Source: a virus. From it: 64,000 bases of DNA. Within the stretch, counting starts at the first letter, position 1. Every line of letters begins with the position of its first letter. The stretch covers positions 48,443 to 112,442 of the IMG/VR virus record IMGVR_UViG_3300035676_000002; one strand, given 5' to 3'. Under the pieces are notes generated by a model. It had not been told where the DNA came from and did not search any database. It was given only the letters and a program-made list of their open reading frames with translations. Below are positions 28,701-38,556 of the stretch, piece by piece. The position numbers and the translations under genes are program-made.

Positions 28701-30841
28701 CCTTCATCCTGCACTGCCCCAAGTACAGAGCGTGCCCCGCCAGCTTGAATTCCGTATGCTTCCTTTTGCGACTCTTGCCTTTGGATATTACTATCAATAT
28801 AGGCTTTTGTGATAGAACGGATTGAATCTCGCTGCTTTTGTAAACTATCTATTTGTTGTTTTGTAAGATCATTTTCCTTTAATTGTTGTTCTAGTTTTTG
28901 CTTTCGCAGTTCAACCATTACCATTTCATGTTGACGAATAACCTTATATACCTCTGCCGTCTTTGCCAGATTTCTTGTCTGAAGTGCAGTATCGACCTTA
29001 ATTTCAGCAAGGGTCGCCATAGTTCGCTCAAGTGTATTCGGCAGGAAAGTAAAAAGATTATCAGCTAGATCACGGAAAGCATCCTCGACTTCCTGTGCGG
29101 CTCTTATATTCTCGCCCTTACCAGTTGCCCGTGCTTTTACTTGTATTTTTTCTATTGAATCAACAAGATGTTGCTGATCTTTCGCAAAAGCCCGAACAGC
29201 CATTTCGGCTTCTTCTTGTGTTCCAGTATATGCAGCTTTTTTTAGTTGTTCGATTGTAAAAAGAAGATTCTTTCTTTCTTCAATAAATTGCTGTTCCAGA
29301 TTTCTTCGGTCAGCCGCTTGTCCCGGCGTAGCGCCTTGAACATACGCAGTTCCGGCTAGCCCCATCACTCCTCCAGCCATAGCTCCGATAGCAGCACCGG
29401 GGAGTCCACCACCCATTGCCCCAGCAGCAGCGCCAAGTCCTACACCAGCTAAAATTCCCGCCAAATATGGGTGTGCAGCGATTAGTTCTACGATCTTTTT
29501 AAGAACTTTGAATAATCCAATCATTACATCTACAAAGTTCTGCAACTTCATAGCGAGTTGCGCTATTCTATCTGGATTATTTAGAATTGCTTGCAATTCC
29601 TGATGGATAGTTCTTAAGAAATCTTTAATACTTTCAAGTGCTGGTCCACCAATCTCAATTAATAAAGCAGTAAGCGAAGATTGAATAGCGACAAATAACC
29701 CACGCGCCGTAGTTGTGTTTAATGTAAGAGTTTCAAGTACACCCTTTAATCTTTGTTCTAATAAATCAGCAAGCGTACCTTGACGAATTGCTTCACGAAC
29801 AATACCTTGATTCAATTGAAGAATATTACCAAGAATGGTGCGCTGGACATTCAAACCAGTAAAAATATCACGAATATCACGGGCAACAACGTTCGGTGGT
29901 AATTGCAAACGTTCTGCAAGTACCGCTAATCCCTCTACAATAGGAATAGAATCTTTTGTACTAATACCAGCAGCACGCGCCGCCCCTGCCGTAACAGTAA
30001 ATGATTCAGCAAGTTTTTCTGCTGGAAGCCCCAACTGCGATGCGTCTTTAACAAGTTTCTTTAATGCGGTCCCTGCTTCTCCAATAGAGACAGCAACCTG
30101 TTCCATAGGGGCAAGCGCTTCTGGTATGTAGTTTGTAACTGTTCCCGCAATAGACAATACCTCTGCAACCCCGAGCTTCAATTGCTCAAGCTGGGACATT
30201 CTATCATAGGCTTCTCTTGCGACATTCCTGACCGCAGTAAAGGCTCTATGCAGCACCCACAAACTTGCGACATACTGAGCGGCGCGACGTATCCCAAATA
30301 AAAATCCCGGCTCATCACCACCACCCCCGCCTCCACCACCACCACCAACTCGCGTCCTGCGTAATCCACGTTGCGCTTGATTCTGTGCTTGATTAATGGT
30401 ATTAATTGTTTGATTAAGCGTTGAACGTTGCTGTGACATATTTGCCATAGCATCGGCAAGAGCCTTCTGTGCCCGAATAATAGAACGTGTGGTTCGTAAT
30501 ACCTTGTCAAATTCCTTTGTGAATCCAGCCTTACCTAACTTATCTAGACGAGTAAAGAAGGCATCAAACGCTGCATTAGACGAACGGATACCAACAGCAA
30601 GCGACTTGAAGTTTGTCGCCATTCTGCCAATAAATTGAGTTGGTTTATTAATAGATTTAGTAAGTTTATCAACCCGAGCTAGGGCAGCAACGAATGCGCC
30701 AGAATTGATCTCCTTGCCCTTGCTTTCAAAGGTACTAGCAACGGCGGTAATTTTTGATTCTATTCGGTCGAGAGTAGTGAGAGCGAGTTGAGCATTGATA
30801 TTAAAAATGCTCTCAACTCCCTTACCTTGGATACTAGCCAT
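25736..30841 (-). CDS. Tape measure protein
   Basis: 1701 aa; helical/coiled-coil Ala/Gln/Lys-rich with Gly/Ala hydrophobic tracts; C-terminal PAIVHGGE motif; follows the tail chaperone. Confidence 0.9.
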   Translation of the reverse strand: MASIQGKGVESIFNINAQLALTTLDRIESKITAVASTFESKGKEINSGAFVAALARVDKLTKSINKPTQFIGRMATNFKSLAVGIRSSNAAFDAFFTRLDKLGKAGFTKEFDKVLRTTRSIIRAQKALADAMANMSQQRSTLNQTINTINQAQNQAQRGLRRTRVGGGGGGGGGGDEPGFLFGIRRAAQYVASLWVLHRAFTAVRNVAREAYDRMSQLEQLKLGVAEVLSIAGTVTNYIPEALAPMEQVAVSIGEAGTALKKLVKDASQLGLPAEKLAESFTVTAGAARAAGISTKDSIPIVEGLAVLAERLQLPPNVVARDIRDIFTGLNVQRTILGNILQLNQGIVREAIRQGTLADLLEQRLKGVLETLTLNTTTARGLFVAIQSSLTALLIEIGGPALESIKDFLRTIHQELQAILNNPDRIAQLAMKLQNFVDVMIGLFKVLKKIVELIAAHPYLAGILAGVGLGAAAGAMGGGLPGAAIGAMAGGVMGLAGTAYVQGATPGQAADRRNLEQQFIEERKNLLFTIEQLKKAAYTGTQEEAEMAVRAFAKDQQHLVDSIEKIQVKARATGKGENIRAAQEVEDAFRDLADNLFTFLPNTLERTMATLAEIKVDTALQTRNLAKTAEVYKVIRQHEMVMVELRKQKLEQQLKENDLTKQQIDSLQKQRDSIRSITKAYIDSNIQRQESQKEAYGIQAGGARSVLGAVQDEGILPISNSIETQLQMLRIAQSYELGIINKEVDIVRQRANIAAIETTSAEDKFKSAQEVTDKTRERLGLVKQINAQEQQMAKKSIEAGTEELRYRRDIEALNKKAVEQSKEAVDKLYQAAQIEYSNISNPIQRQKLIDAKLVEPDRALLAQETAYKQAQLETLKSSNALEEVRLKLGLKINESRMTEKEVLQQIQAAETEINAAQANLIKTRSDETAARDAIVNKLEEAKLKAFELYLELLKIRKEFINIGQAITSSLGEALGKFVTDGGKFSEMIAKSFNEAVSSSLTEAIKETVKRKAGFDLFMKKNLLEYIPGLGKEGGKDTGANLIGQIENAFKTGGNVTDILQNYLSKASNPAASTPIQPTQPGPYANGYSFPAGIQQAGQAVGSYQAGFVGPEVSSAPAAGASAGGTGAGAAGTSVAQGGSGMAQGIGGGIAGIAALISLYQGMQSGSNKVKSIKYNPGVTQQDLVNAQYGNIGIPLLGPATGALVRGVGRVGGARVAAGVGGGIVGGVGGFIVGGAAGGAVAGGIAGASAGAGLGAAGGAAAGAGAGAAAGASAGAVAGPIGAAIGVILGVTLGLLLAPKVPKTRDIINQFMKKVFKNIDVPQLNVNARKFELRADLMSLKGQAKIAGNLLGASYKTFGRGSYQSEYVANAILNNAQALGLSMEDAQGQILEITKTFGKAKDLVGALLNVRFREKKGGWRLSRLGGGIIDEVGALILAFNDDLPRSIDQITLAYQAFTEAGVMNTHRLQRAIEDLKGVVSAGGEFISTLAKAGDLNAAGKSWGESLVGGLIQRIQERLIETPIIGQMITVIGTQISQAAEFFAAGQVDLGNKALNEARRKAIDFESNVMSKIAPFYANLQGFQSAFGVTATAGLYNQTPNQFAVRSYATPSFTRVPGPNGRAQPAIVHGGEPIRSAQQEDKLEKKMNELIDIMSDSSGKPLNYQGGPVKIIVKIGEKELAAEMVRMETSRSTLLPKPNIGMK

Positions 30842-31771
30842 TCTCTTCTTCTACTCCCAAGGATTGAATGTAGAGAATATCCGATTCTTGGATAAGCGAG
30901 TTTTCCTTGTTCTGTTCCCACTCTCCAAGCATAAATTGAAGCAAGGCAAAAATCTCTGCCTCATCATCTGCGTCAATTCCAGCTTGTGCTCGCCAATATT
31001 GAAATTCTTCAATACCGATCTTAAAGACAGCCGAAAACCCTGCGGCAACGGGAACCATAACGTATCCAAGCAGTTCCCATAAACCCCATATGTAATCAGG
31101 AATGCACTCCAAGATGCATTGAGGCATACACCACTGACCGGACCAACCCTCAAGAACTTGCGAATGCTTACAACATTTACATTCAAGCGTTTCGTTATTC
31201 CGAGGGTCGATCCGTGCATTTCCGTCCTTATCTATCCCGTCCTTTATGGGGCACTGGCAGTATCGGGGGGTGAACTTGGCGCTTGCGAAACGGACGAAGC
31301 TAATGATTTTTTTTTAGTTTTTTCTACTTCTTCGCGTGCGAAAGCATCAATATCTAATGCAGCATTGAGCACTTCGCCAAATTGCACTCCGCTCATGTGC
31401 TCTGCGATAAAGGAAAGATCATCCATATCGAAAGGCCATTGATTAGGAGTTGCCTCTGCGATTAACTCTGGGTTTTCTAATAGAATAAGGCAGAGTCGGC
31501 GCGAATTACCGCTTGTCATGCCTCTCCATCCTTTTACGCAATCAACCAGAACGGACTTCCGAAATTCAGCCGCTTCTGATTGTGTCATATTGACTACTCC
31601 ACCCTTCTTTTCGTATGGCTTAGAAAGGGCAAGCAGCTTCTTATCAGACAGGATGCCTACGAGGAATTCTAGGCGTGGTTCCCCCATCAACTCGTCAGCC
31701 TCCAACACCGTGACCCATCGCTCTAGCCGCTTCTTTTCAAGAATCTGCGGCACCCGTGAAATTAGACTCAT
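30834..31771 (-). CDS. Tail assembly chaperone pair (G: 31244..31771; GT by -1 frameshift to 30834)
   Basis: Start MSLISR at 31771 behind a purine-rich RBS; A9 slippery run near the 3' end; the -1 frame is open into track ORF 30834..31127. Confidence 0.8.
31307..31315 (-). other. Programmed -1 ribosomal frameshift site (A AAA AAA within A9)
   Basis: Minus strand ACT AAA AAA AAA TCA; the -1 frame reads IISFVRFASAKFTPRYCQC...WCMPQCILE without a stop. Confidence 0.8.
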
Positions 31772-31801
31772 ATAACCTCTCCTCCTTATTAAATTTCCTA
31801 A

Positions 31802-31846
31802 CTTATACGTTAGACTCTTGCAAGTTGTCAATAGATATGCTAAGAT
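31802..31846. promoter_or_regulatory. Overlapping divergent sigma70-like promoters
   Basis: Plus strand TTGCAA-N17-TAAGAT with a TG extension; minus strand TTGACA-N18-TATAAG. Confidence 0.55.
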
Positions 31847-31877
31847 GACTTACATATTTGATAAGGAGAGTAGGGTT

Positions 31878-32492
31878 ATGATTATACGCATGAGGACTAT
31901 TTCGTTGCTTCAAACGCTGATTGATTATGCCAATACGGGAAAGATTAATATTAAGCATGGGTCAATTGTAACCCCAGACGAAAAACCCCTAGCGCAACTT
32001 CCATTTACGGGACAATCAACGGAGCCGGGGTTGAGAGCCTTCGATGATATTATCTATTGTCTTGATATGCTTCAAGAGCATGGGGATGATGCAATTCCAT
32101 ATCTTGCAAAAATGGTAAATTCAGCAGATTTGAAACTTGCTATCGTTAGCACAATGGACTCCTGCTATGCCATGCCCATTCCTAATAAAATAGAAGATGT
32201 TCCTATCTCGATTCTCGCTGCCCTTATGGTCGAAGATCAGCAGGGTGCGCTTATGCGTATTGGTCATTGCGAGAAATGCAATAAATACTTCGTGCGTAAA
32301 ACACAAAAGAAATCGCAGTTTTGCTCTAAGAAGTGTCGGTGGGATTATGGAAATCTCAAAAAGAAGGGCGATACTACGGTTCGATTATCAGAATGGAAAA
32401 AGAACAGCCTACGTGCTGCCGTAAGCGGGGCCGACAGACACGTAGGCGGGGCAGTAGTGGGGAAAGGAGGAAAACCCGCTACTGCAAATTAA
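31878..32492 (+). CDS. CGNR-like zinc-finger protein (moron in antisense orientation inside the tail operon)
   Basis: AAGGAG RBS before ATG 31878; C-terminal RIGHCEKCNKYF.....SQFCSKKCR. Confidence 0.7.
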   Translation: MIIRMRTISLLQTLIDYANTGKINIKHGSIVTPDEKPLAQLPFTGQSTEPGLRAFDDIIYCLDMLQEHGDDAIPYLAKMVNSADLKLAIVSTMDSCYAMPIPNKIEDVPISILAALMVEDQQGALMRIGHCEKCNKYFVRKTQKKSQFCSKKCRWDYGNLKKKGDTTVRLSEWKKNSLRAAVSGADRHVGGAVVGKGGKPATAN

Positions 32493-33910
32493 TATTGCTT
32501 GAAGTAAATAAACTTACCCGTTGTTTGGGCTGAGTCAACTTCTGACGGCTCAAACTCTAGGTTAAACACGCGAATACCGTTGCTATCATCAAACTGCGGA
32601 GCGGTAATTAGCTGTGCGCCATATGCAGTTCCGCCATTAGGATCGTCACCGACCTTAATGCTGAATCGTGTTCCAGCCGTACTTCCGACACCCGATGGAG
32701 AAACGAGGTAATCAATAAGGAACTTATCACCATCCTTAAAGTGCCCGATCCAATCCTTCGCTCCGTCTACTTCGATCTGGCAAGTGAATCGTGGAGCAAA
32801 CTCCTCAAAGATACCGTATTCAATAACGCCGGAATCAGCATTAGCATCTAGGCGTGCTGTAACATTCGCGCCAAGATTCAATCCAATATTCTTAACAACT
32901 GGAGTATAAGCTGCACCACCAACCTTCGTAATGGTCATTCCGATATCCAAAAGTCGTGGGGGGAAGCCGGGAGTTGATAGTGGAGTATCGTTAGCTACTT
33001 CTGTAGAGTCATTATATACGCCCTGCAAGTTAAAGTCACCCTTAAATGGCTGTGCGGCATCTCCGGCAAAGGTCATTGTTCCACGCACACCAGAGGCAGG
33101 ATACTTTCGGCTATCGAGGAATGAAAGGATGCTTAATGAATCATGGTTCTGGTTCGCCGGAACCCATTCGATGTATTCTTTTGCTACATCTTCCGTTGGT
33201 TCTAATTCAGCAAGGTTATCATCAATCCATGTGTCTACATATTGATATGGGGCTACGTCACCGTCTACTTCTGTTAGGTAATAGAATGTGCTTCCGCCTA
33301 CCTTTGTTCGATAGATACGGACAACGACGCCAGCCGCTTTTAATGCAGCACACGCGGACCAATCAAGCGTTACCGAACCGATAACTCCGGTTGCTACAAT
33401 ACCACCATCAGCAGCGGCACCAGTACCGGGAGTTTGCGACATAGCAGCAAGCTTTGTCTCGCCATTAGAAGCAGTCGCGGGAACAATTGAAAACTTATAC
33501 TTATAAGTTCCCGCTGCCATGTTCCCGCCAGTAACCGTTCCAACTGCGGTAACATCATTCAATCCGACAGTAGGGGCGGTATCCATGACATATCGAGTTT
33601 CTTTCCAGCCACACGCACGAAGAACTTTTGCCCACGCTGGAGAAACATTGGGAATACCAGAACCGAACATATAAATTGATCCAGATAGACGGTATGTCCC
33701 AAGACCGATTGCGGTCCCTTCTGGAGCTAGCCCATTTCTTGCACGGTTAAGCTTAATTGTATCAAACTCAGCTTGTAATGGATTAAAGTTTTCGTATAGA
33801 AGGATTTGTTCAAAACCCTTGGTACGCAAACATCCCGGCGTTTGCTCTACGGCGAGTTCGACAACTGTTCTACGAGTACGTGATGGATTAGTATAGGTTG
33901 GGCAAGACAT
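32489..33910 (-). CDS. Major tail tube protein with inserted Ig/FN3-like domain
   Basis: Position before chaperone and tape measure; E.TPG start motif, W.KVLRACG motif; insert GTYKYKFS...RIYRTKVGGSTFYYL..YVDT. Confidence 0.8.
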   Translation of the reverse strand: MSCPTYTNPSRTRRTVVELAVEQTPGCLRTKGFEQILLYENFNPLQAEFDTIKLNRARNGLAPEGTAIGLGTYRLSGSIYMFGSGIPNVSPAWAKVLRACGWKETRYVMDTAPTVGLNDVTAVGTVTGGNMAAGTYKYKFSIVPATASNGETKLAAMSQTPGTGAAADGGIVATGVIGSVTLDWSACAALKAAGVVVRIYRTKVGGSTFYYLTEVDGDVAPYQYVDTWIDDNLAELEPTEDVAKEYIEWVPANQNHDSLSILSFLDSRKYPASGVRGTMTFAGDAAQPFKGDFNLQGVYNDSTEVANDTPLSTPGFPPRLLDIGMTITKVGGAAYTPVVKNIGLNLGANVTARLDANADSGVIEYGIFEEFAPRFTCQIEVDGAKDWIGHFKDGDKFLIDYLVSPSGVGSTAGTRFSIKVGDDPNGGTAYGAQLITAPQFDDSNGIRVFNLEFEPSEVDSAQTTGKFIYFKQY

Positions 33911-34018
33911 AATTAGTTACCTCCAGAAGAATGCAATTACGACCGTCTACTGTATGTGTAAACAAATTTAACTCATATTTCAATAGCTTTTCCAAAATAA
34001 GTACATTTTTCTTTATAG

Positions 34019-34966
34019 TTATCTATGCTCGATTTCCAGCATATTTTTGCCCCCAAGGGCAAAGGAAAGCCTATGCGCCAGCACATTTCCTTGATTTCCG
34101 CCCGATGGTGGAGCAAATAGATAGGCAGAAGTTGTAGGGGTCTTAAACACCCATGATTGACCGTTATTTTGACCAACGCGAATATGTAAAGAACATCGGA
34201 CCTTCTCTCTAAATATCTCAATCCAATCAATATCGTAATTTTGCTCTATCGTTACTTCCCATGTCGCCTCAAGTGGATAAGTAATATAAAATTCGCTTGG
34301 ATCATGTGTGGGATACGCTTCAAATCTCTGTTCTCTTTTATTCTCAACTCCAAGTCGAAAATCCTGTAAAATCGGCACAATGTTATCGCCATTTTCAAGC
34401 ACGATTGAAAAGTCTGCGTTAATAAGGCGTGGAGGAATAGTAGGAATTGGAAAGCTTAAGTCATCAGTTGGCTTTCTGGTCCTTTTTGTAAATAACCCAT
34501 CTAATTGAAAATCTAAAGCTACGGGTTGCCCAGCGTAGGCACTGACATTAAAGGAACCGTAACATCCCCTTGCCTCATGTTGCCACTCTCCGATATAATG
34601 CCGACTCGTTAATGAAGTAGGTTTAGAGAAACGATAGACACTATATCCTAAATCATGCAAACTTTCATCTTTTGGAAAACCGCAGGCGTGAAATAAGCGT
34701 GCCCATGATGGGGGATTTGAAGGATTACCATATCCATCAAGCCAGATACTTCCGCTAATTCCCCATGTTGAGGAAAGGGGGATTGCAGTATCTACAATAT
34801 CTGACTCTTCTGCCACAGACGCAACATCAGCATTGTAATTTGTTACAGGATCACGAACAAGGATTACTGCTTCCTCTGGTGCTGATTTGCCATATTCCGC
34901 CTCAAGCCCCAATGTAAGAACTTGGCGACGTGAATAGATAGGTGGTTTATACTCTGGGCATCCCAT
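34019..34966 (-). CDS. Second tail-tube-like protein (paralogue of 32489..33910)
   Basis: Shared motifs: RRQVL/RRTVV, WARLFHACG/WAKVLRACG, AGQP..DFQLDGLF/AAQP..DFNLQGVY, PPRL. Confidence 0.7.
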   Translation of the reverse strand: MGCPEYKPPIYSRRQVLTLGLEAEYGKSAPEEAVILVRDPVTNYNADVASVAEESDIVDTAIPLSSTWGISGSIWLDGYGNPSNPPSWARLFHACGFPKDESLHDLGYSVYRFSKPTSLTSRHYIGEWQHEARGCYGSFNVSAYAGQPVALDFQLDGLFTKRTRKPTDDLSFPIPTIPPRLINADFSIVLENGDNIVPILQDFRLGVENKREQRFEAYPTHDPSEFYITYPLEATWEVTIEQNYDIDWIEIFREKVRCSLHIRVGQNNGQSWVFKTPTTSAYLFAPPSGGNQGNVLAHRLSFALGGKNMLEIEHR

Positions 34967-35484
34967 TATTCTTCTATCTCGACAAGATTATCGTATACGT
35001 CATCCCATAAGCGATAATCATTAACCGAACTCCAGAACTCTACTTCATACTCGATCATCCCGGCAACGGTCTGATCTCCCGGCATATCATACATCGGGAC
35101 TGTGCGAAGTTCCTTGAGAAATATTCCTGTCATGTGCGGCTGGGGATGCGTGGTATCCTCTAAACTGCATAATGATAATGCCCTTCGTATATCCCCGCCA
35201 AACGTCGTATATTCCATATCCTGCCCTTCAAGACGCTGCTTAAAGAACCATACTTCTAGTGTAAGGGTTTGATATTCCCGAGAGTTGCAATTAGGATTAG
35301 GAACAGTCCCAACCGGAAACATATAGACAATATCATCGGCATCTGGTCGTTGTGGCAATTCTCGCGTAATCATCACTTGTGATACATTCGTACCATATCC
35401 ATTAGACACATTAATAGATTCTAACTCGGTCTTAATCCGATTCATCACACGCTGTTCTACGGTAAGATATCTAATTGTAGACAT
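34966..35484 (-). CDS. Putative tail terminator / tail completion protein
   Basis: Position in neck cluster; LESINVSNGY.T motif typical of this family. Confidence 0.6.
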   Translation of the reverse strand: MSTIRYLTVEQRVMNRIKTELESINVSNGYGTNVSQVMITRELPQRPDADDIVYMFPVGTVPNPNCNSREYQTLTLEVWFFKQRLEGQDMEYTTFGGDIRRALSLCSLEDTTHPQPHMTGIFLKELRTVPMYDMPGDQTVAGMIEYEVEFWSSVNDYRLWDDVYDNLVEIEE

Positions 35485-36167
35485 TATTCTGATTTTGGCA
35501 CATATGGTCGATCTTGTGTTGCCTTCAACGGTTGATCTAAGTCTATGCCTACCTCCCGTGATAATCTATCCATAACGCGACTTTGGTACAGGAAAATTTC
35601 TGAATTGATCTGAATATAATCAGGAACAACTACCGAAGCAGCACGACGAAATAAGAAAACAAGCTTCTTGCTACTTTTATCTGATAATTTCCTTCCATAA
35701 ATTGCATTATCATAATAACGAAGATAATAGAGATGCGATATTTCACGCACCATCTTTCTCACTCTTCCACTAGGAGAGATAATATCGCTGGGAGATTTAC
35801 CACGGACAGCCCATGCTAATTTCTTCGCATGGACGGGCACGATGGGCATTGGAACTCTACCAGTTAATACACGCGCCGCTGCCCGTGTATCATCATCCTC
35901 TGGGAAAAGATATCCAAATCGGACAGTTACACTATATGGCGTATCAGACCATGTATATCCAGCCGACCGACGTAACGCTCCAGTAATCCGTTGTGGCTTT
36001 TTAGAGTATTTCCCTGTTGCCCAATTTTCTAAGCGAACTTTTGTTATTTTCGCTTCGCTTAATAGAATATTAGTAATCTTCTTTTTTAAAGCAATATGAT
36101 TTTGCCCAATCTTTTTTGCGAAGCGCCGGATATCTCCGCTTGATATATCCACAAATGGGGCTGGCAT
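35484..36167 (-). CDS. Putative neck protein (HK97 gp10-like)
   Basis: Basic protein with the TGALRRS motif and P.HAKKLAW; position in neck cluster. Confidence 0.6.
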   Translation of the reverse strand: MPAPFVDISSGDIRRFAKKIGQNHIALKKKITNILLSEAKITKVRLENWATGKYSKKPQRITGALRRSAGYTWSDTPYSVTVRFGYLFPEDDDTRAAARVLTGRVPMPIVPVHAKKLAWAVRGKSPSDIISPSGRVRKMVREISHLYYLRYYDNAIYGRKLSDKSSKKLVFLFRRAASVVVPDYIQINSEIFLYQSRVMDRLSREVGIDLDQPLKATQDRPYVPKSE

Positions 36168-36170
36168 CGC

Positions 36171-36806
36171 TTATGTCATTAAGAAATGTCTATATGAATC
36201 AATAATGTCCTTCACGGCAGGAAGCCACCGTGTAGGCGTCGTATAAAAGACAGCCGTTCCAGCCGTATTTGTTGTGAGACTTTGTAATCCTACATTATCT
36301 CGTATCTTATAAAGATATGAAGCTTGCAGGGCGCACGCATGACGCAAATCGGGTGGAACATCAATATCATTTGATGGATCAGTAACTTGCCTTACTAACC
36401 CACCATAATATTGAACCTTGATATTTTTATATCCTGCCTTGAATTGACTATTATTTGTTAATTTGATGATACCACTATGCCCAGCATTAGGAACGAAATA
36501 ATCAACATTGGGCGTTAGTTTTGTTGTCTCAGTATATGCCATTGTTGGATCATCATACACGGCAAGGTTTACATCATCAACGATAGGTGGCGCTTGCACT
36601 ATAACTATGCGCTTACATCCATCTTCTCCATTGAAGAATTCTGTGTAGACTTTCTTCTCTAACAAGCGCGATGTTTCAGCTTCGATAGCTTGACTTATCC
36701 CGTTGATGATTTGAATAAGTAAATTATCGGCGTTTCCGCTTAATTTCGCGTCGATAAGAAGCTTAACGTCCGATGGTTGACATAGCGCAATCGGAATTAA
36801 ATCCAT
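36171..36806 (-). CDS. Head-tail connector (adaptor) protein
   Basis: I..ISQAIEAETSR...NIKVQYYGG...VPPDLRHAC...LP.VK.IIDSYR pattern. Confidence 0.8.
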   Translation of the reverse strand: MDLIPIALCQPSDVKLLIDAKLSGNADNLLIQIINGISQAIEAETSRLLEKKVYTEFFNGEDGCKRIVIVQAPPIVDDVNLAVYDDPTMAYTETTKLTPNVDYFVPNAGHSGIIKLTNNSQFKAGYKNIKVQYYGGLVRQVTDPSNDIDVPPDLRHACALQASYLYKIRDNVGLQSLTTNTAGTAVFYTTPTRWLPAVKDIIDSYRHFLMT

Positions 36807-37153
36807 TAGGCATCTCGCTTAACGCCTTGATCTGTGCCAACCATGCGATTATCAGTTACCGGGGCATCTGGAATAATAGTCGCTACATCTGCTAATTGCT
36901 TGGCGCGGTCTAATGTAGCAAGGAATACGGTTCCTTCTCGCATGATCGCTCCACCTTCCGAAATTACTTTCCCTTCCTTCACCTGTAGCCGCACGATATT
37001 GCTCCCCTTTAATGCTGGGGCTGGCTTGGGCGGTGCTGGGGCTGGGGCTGGGGCTGGCTTGGGCGGCGCGGCGGCGGCTGGCGCGGCTGGCTTGGGCGAT
37101 GCCGGTGCTTCTGGGGCTGCGGGAGTGGGTGCGTTGGTCGAATCTTGTGCCAT
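36806..37153 (-). CDS. Small Pro/Ala-rich protein following the capsid gene
   Basis: GGAGG RBS; PAPAPAP N-terminus; typical post-capsid small gene. Confidence 0.65.
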   Translation of the reverse strand: MAQDSTNAPTPAAPEAPASPKPAAPAAAAPPKPAPAPAPAPPKPAPALKGSNIVRLQVKEGKVISEGGAIMREGTVFLATLDRAKQLADVATIIPDAPVTDNRMVGTDQGVKRDA

Positions 37154-37224
37154 GAGTTTCCTCCAAAGAGTTATTCAATTCACTTTTACTGAATTGTTTC
37201 TATTTGTCAAGTGCGTTTATAAAC

Positions 37225-37255
37225 AAAAAGGGGAGAGGCTTTCACCCCTCCCCTT
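37225..37255 (-). terminator. Rho-independent terminator after the major capsid gene
   Basis: Stem AAGGGGAG..CTCCCCTT followed by a U-run on the minus strand. Confidence 0.75.
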
Positions 37256-37278
37256 ATGTTTCCGAACAATCAAGCCGT

Positions 37279-38556
37279 TTAGCTTGAAGTCTTTAGTCGT
37301 GCAAACGGAGTCTTGAGAGTAGTGCAGTACCCAAGACGTTCCATCACACGTAACACGATCCCTGCTTCCTTGAAAGCAGCGTGTGGTGACACATCAACGG
37401 TGAGTGACATACGATCACCGAGGATATGATAGCTAGGATCACCGTAAAGCAGGAAGGCGGTTGAGGCTTGTGACCCACCATCCTTCACCTTCGGCATAAC
37501 CCGACTGCGAACATATGGACGACCAAACAATGAATTCGGAGGACCAGCCGCCATCTGACCATAGAGGGGCTGTTCGTTCAAATCCTTCACTTGGCGAATC
37601 CCGTTGAGAACGCTGTTGCTTCCGATCCAAACTGCGGTTTCGGAAACCGCTTCGTCCACGGCATCCATCGTTTCGATCAACTTGTTGTACCCGCCAGTTG
37701 CGCCGGTCGCCTGTAGGGTGCCAGCATAGGTGTTGGCAGCGCCGGTTACTTCGGTGATACCAGATAGCGCCATTAGGCCGGTAAAAGGCTCGGTGCCAGT
37801 ACCCGGTGAAGTGAGCATCTGATAATCCTCTTCCTTCGCAATTGCAATACCGAACACGTCGATAACGAAGTCACGAATCGAAGGAATTGAATCCTCGTCA
37901 ACCTCGATTGACAGAGTATCAATTGCAATCAACTTGTGAGCGGTCATCGTCGGCTTGGCAAACGTCACCTTGCTCTCGCTTGGCGCGTTGAGTTCCACAC
38001 CGACCAACTCGGTATCCCAATAAACTGCCGGTAGGTCCGAATTGGTTGGGATTGTCCAATCCTTGTGGTTCATAGGGATAACTCGGCAGAGGCGTCGAGC
38101 AATACCGTACTGTTCTACAATGCGGATAATCTCAGCACGATATTCGGTAGGCATAACATACCCACCATCTGCGGCGGTTCCCTCTACCTGTGCGCGGAAG
38201 AAATCAGAGAAGCGGGGCTTACTATGATTGATAATCGCGGCGGTATCAAGAATCATTCGTGCGATATCATCACGAACCTTCTTGGATTTCTCTGTCTTAT
38301 CAGGCACGATTGACTGATAAATCTTGTCGCCAACCGGGAGGGCGGCATCAAGATTGCGTAGACGTTCCTCAACGAGAGCAATGGTTTCCCCCTGCTTCTT
38401 AAGAGCGACTTGCGCTTCCTTGAATTCATCAACTGACGGAGCCGCGCCGATACCAGACTCTAGGTCGGCAATGCGCTTCTCGATCTTTGCTGAGTTGTTC
38501 TTGTTCTCGTCCATGTTCTTTTCAACGAGTTCAATCAGCTTGTGTAATTGTTCCAT
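37279..38556 (-). CDS. Major capsid protein, HK97 fold, with N-terminal delta domain
   Basis: Coiled-coil N-terminus; DGGYVMPTEY; IAKEEDYQML; SLFGRPY; LLYGDPS. Confidence 0.92.
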   Translation of the reverse strand: MEQLHKLIELVEKNMDENKNNSAKIEKRIADLESGIGAAPSVDEFKEAQVALKKQGETIALVEERLRNLDAALPVGDKIYQSIVPDKTEKSKKVRDDIARMILDTAAIINHSKPRFSDFFRAQVEGTAADGGYVMPTEYRAEIIRIVEQYGIARRLCRVIPMNHKDWTIPTNSDLPAVYWDTELVGVELNAPSESKVTFAKPTMTAHKLIAIDTLSIEVDEDSIPSIRDFVIDVFGIAIAKEEDYQMLTSPGTGTEPFTGLMALSGITEVTGAANTYAGTLQATGATGGYNKLIETMDAVDEAVSETAVWIGSNSVLNGIRQVKDLNEQPLYGQMAAGPPNSLFGRPYVRSRVMPKVKDGGSQASTAFLLYGDPSYHILGDRMSLTVDVSPHAAFKEAGIVLRVMERLGYCTTLKTPFARLKTSS

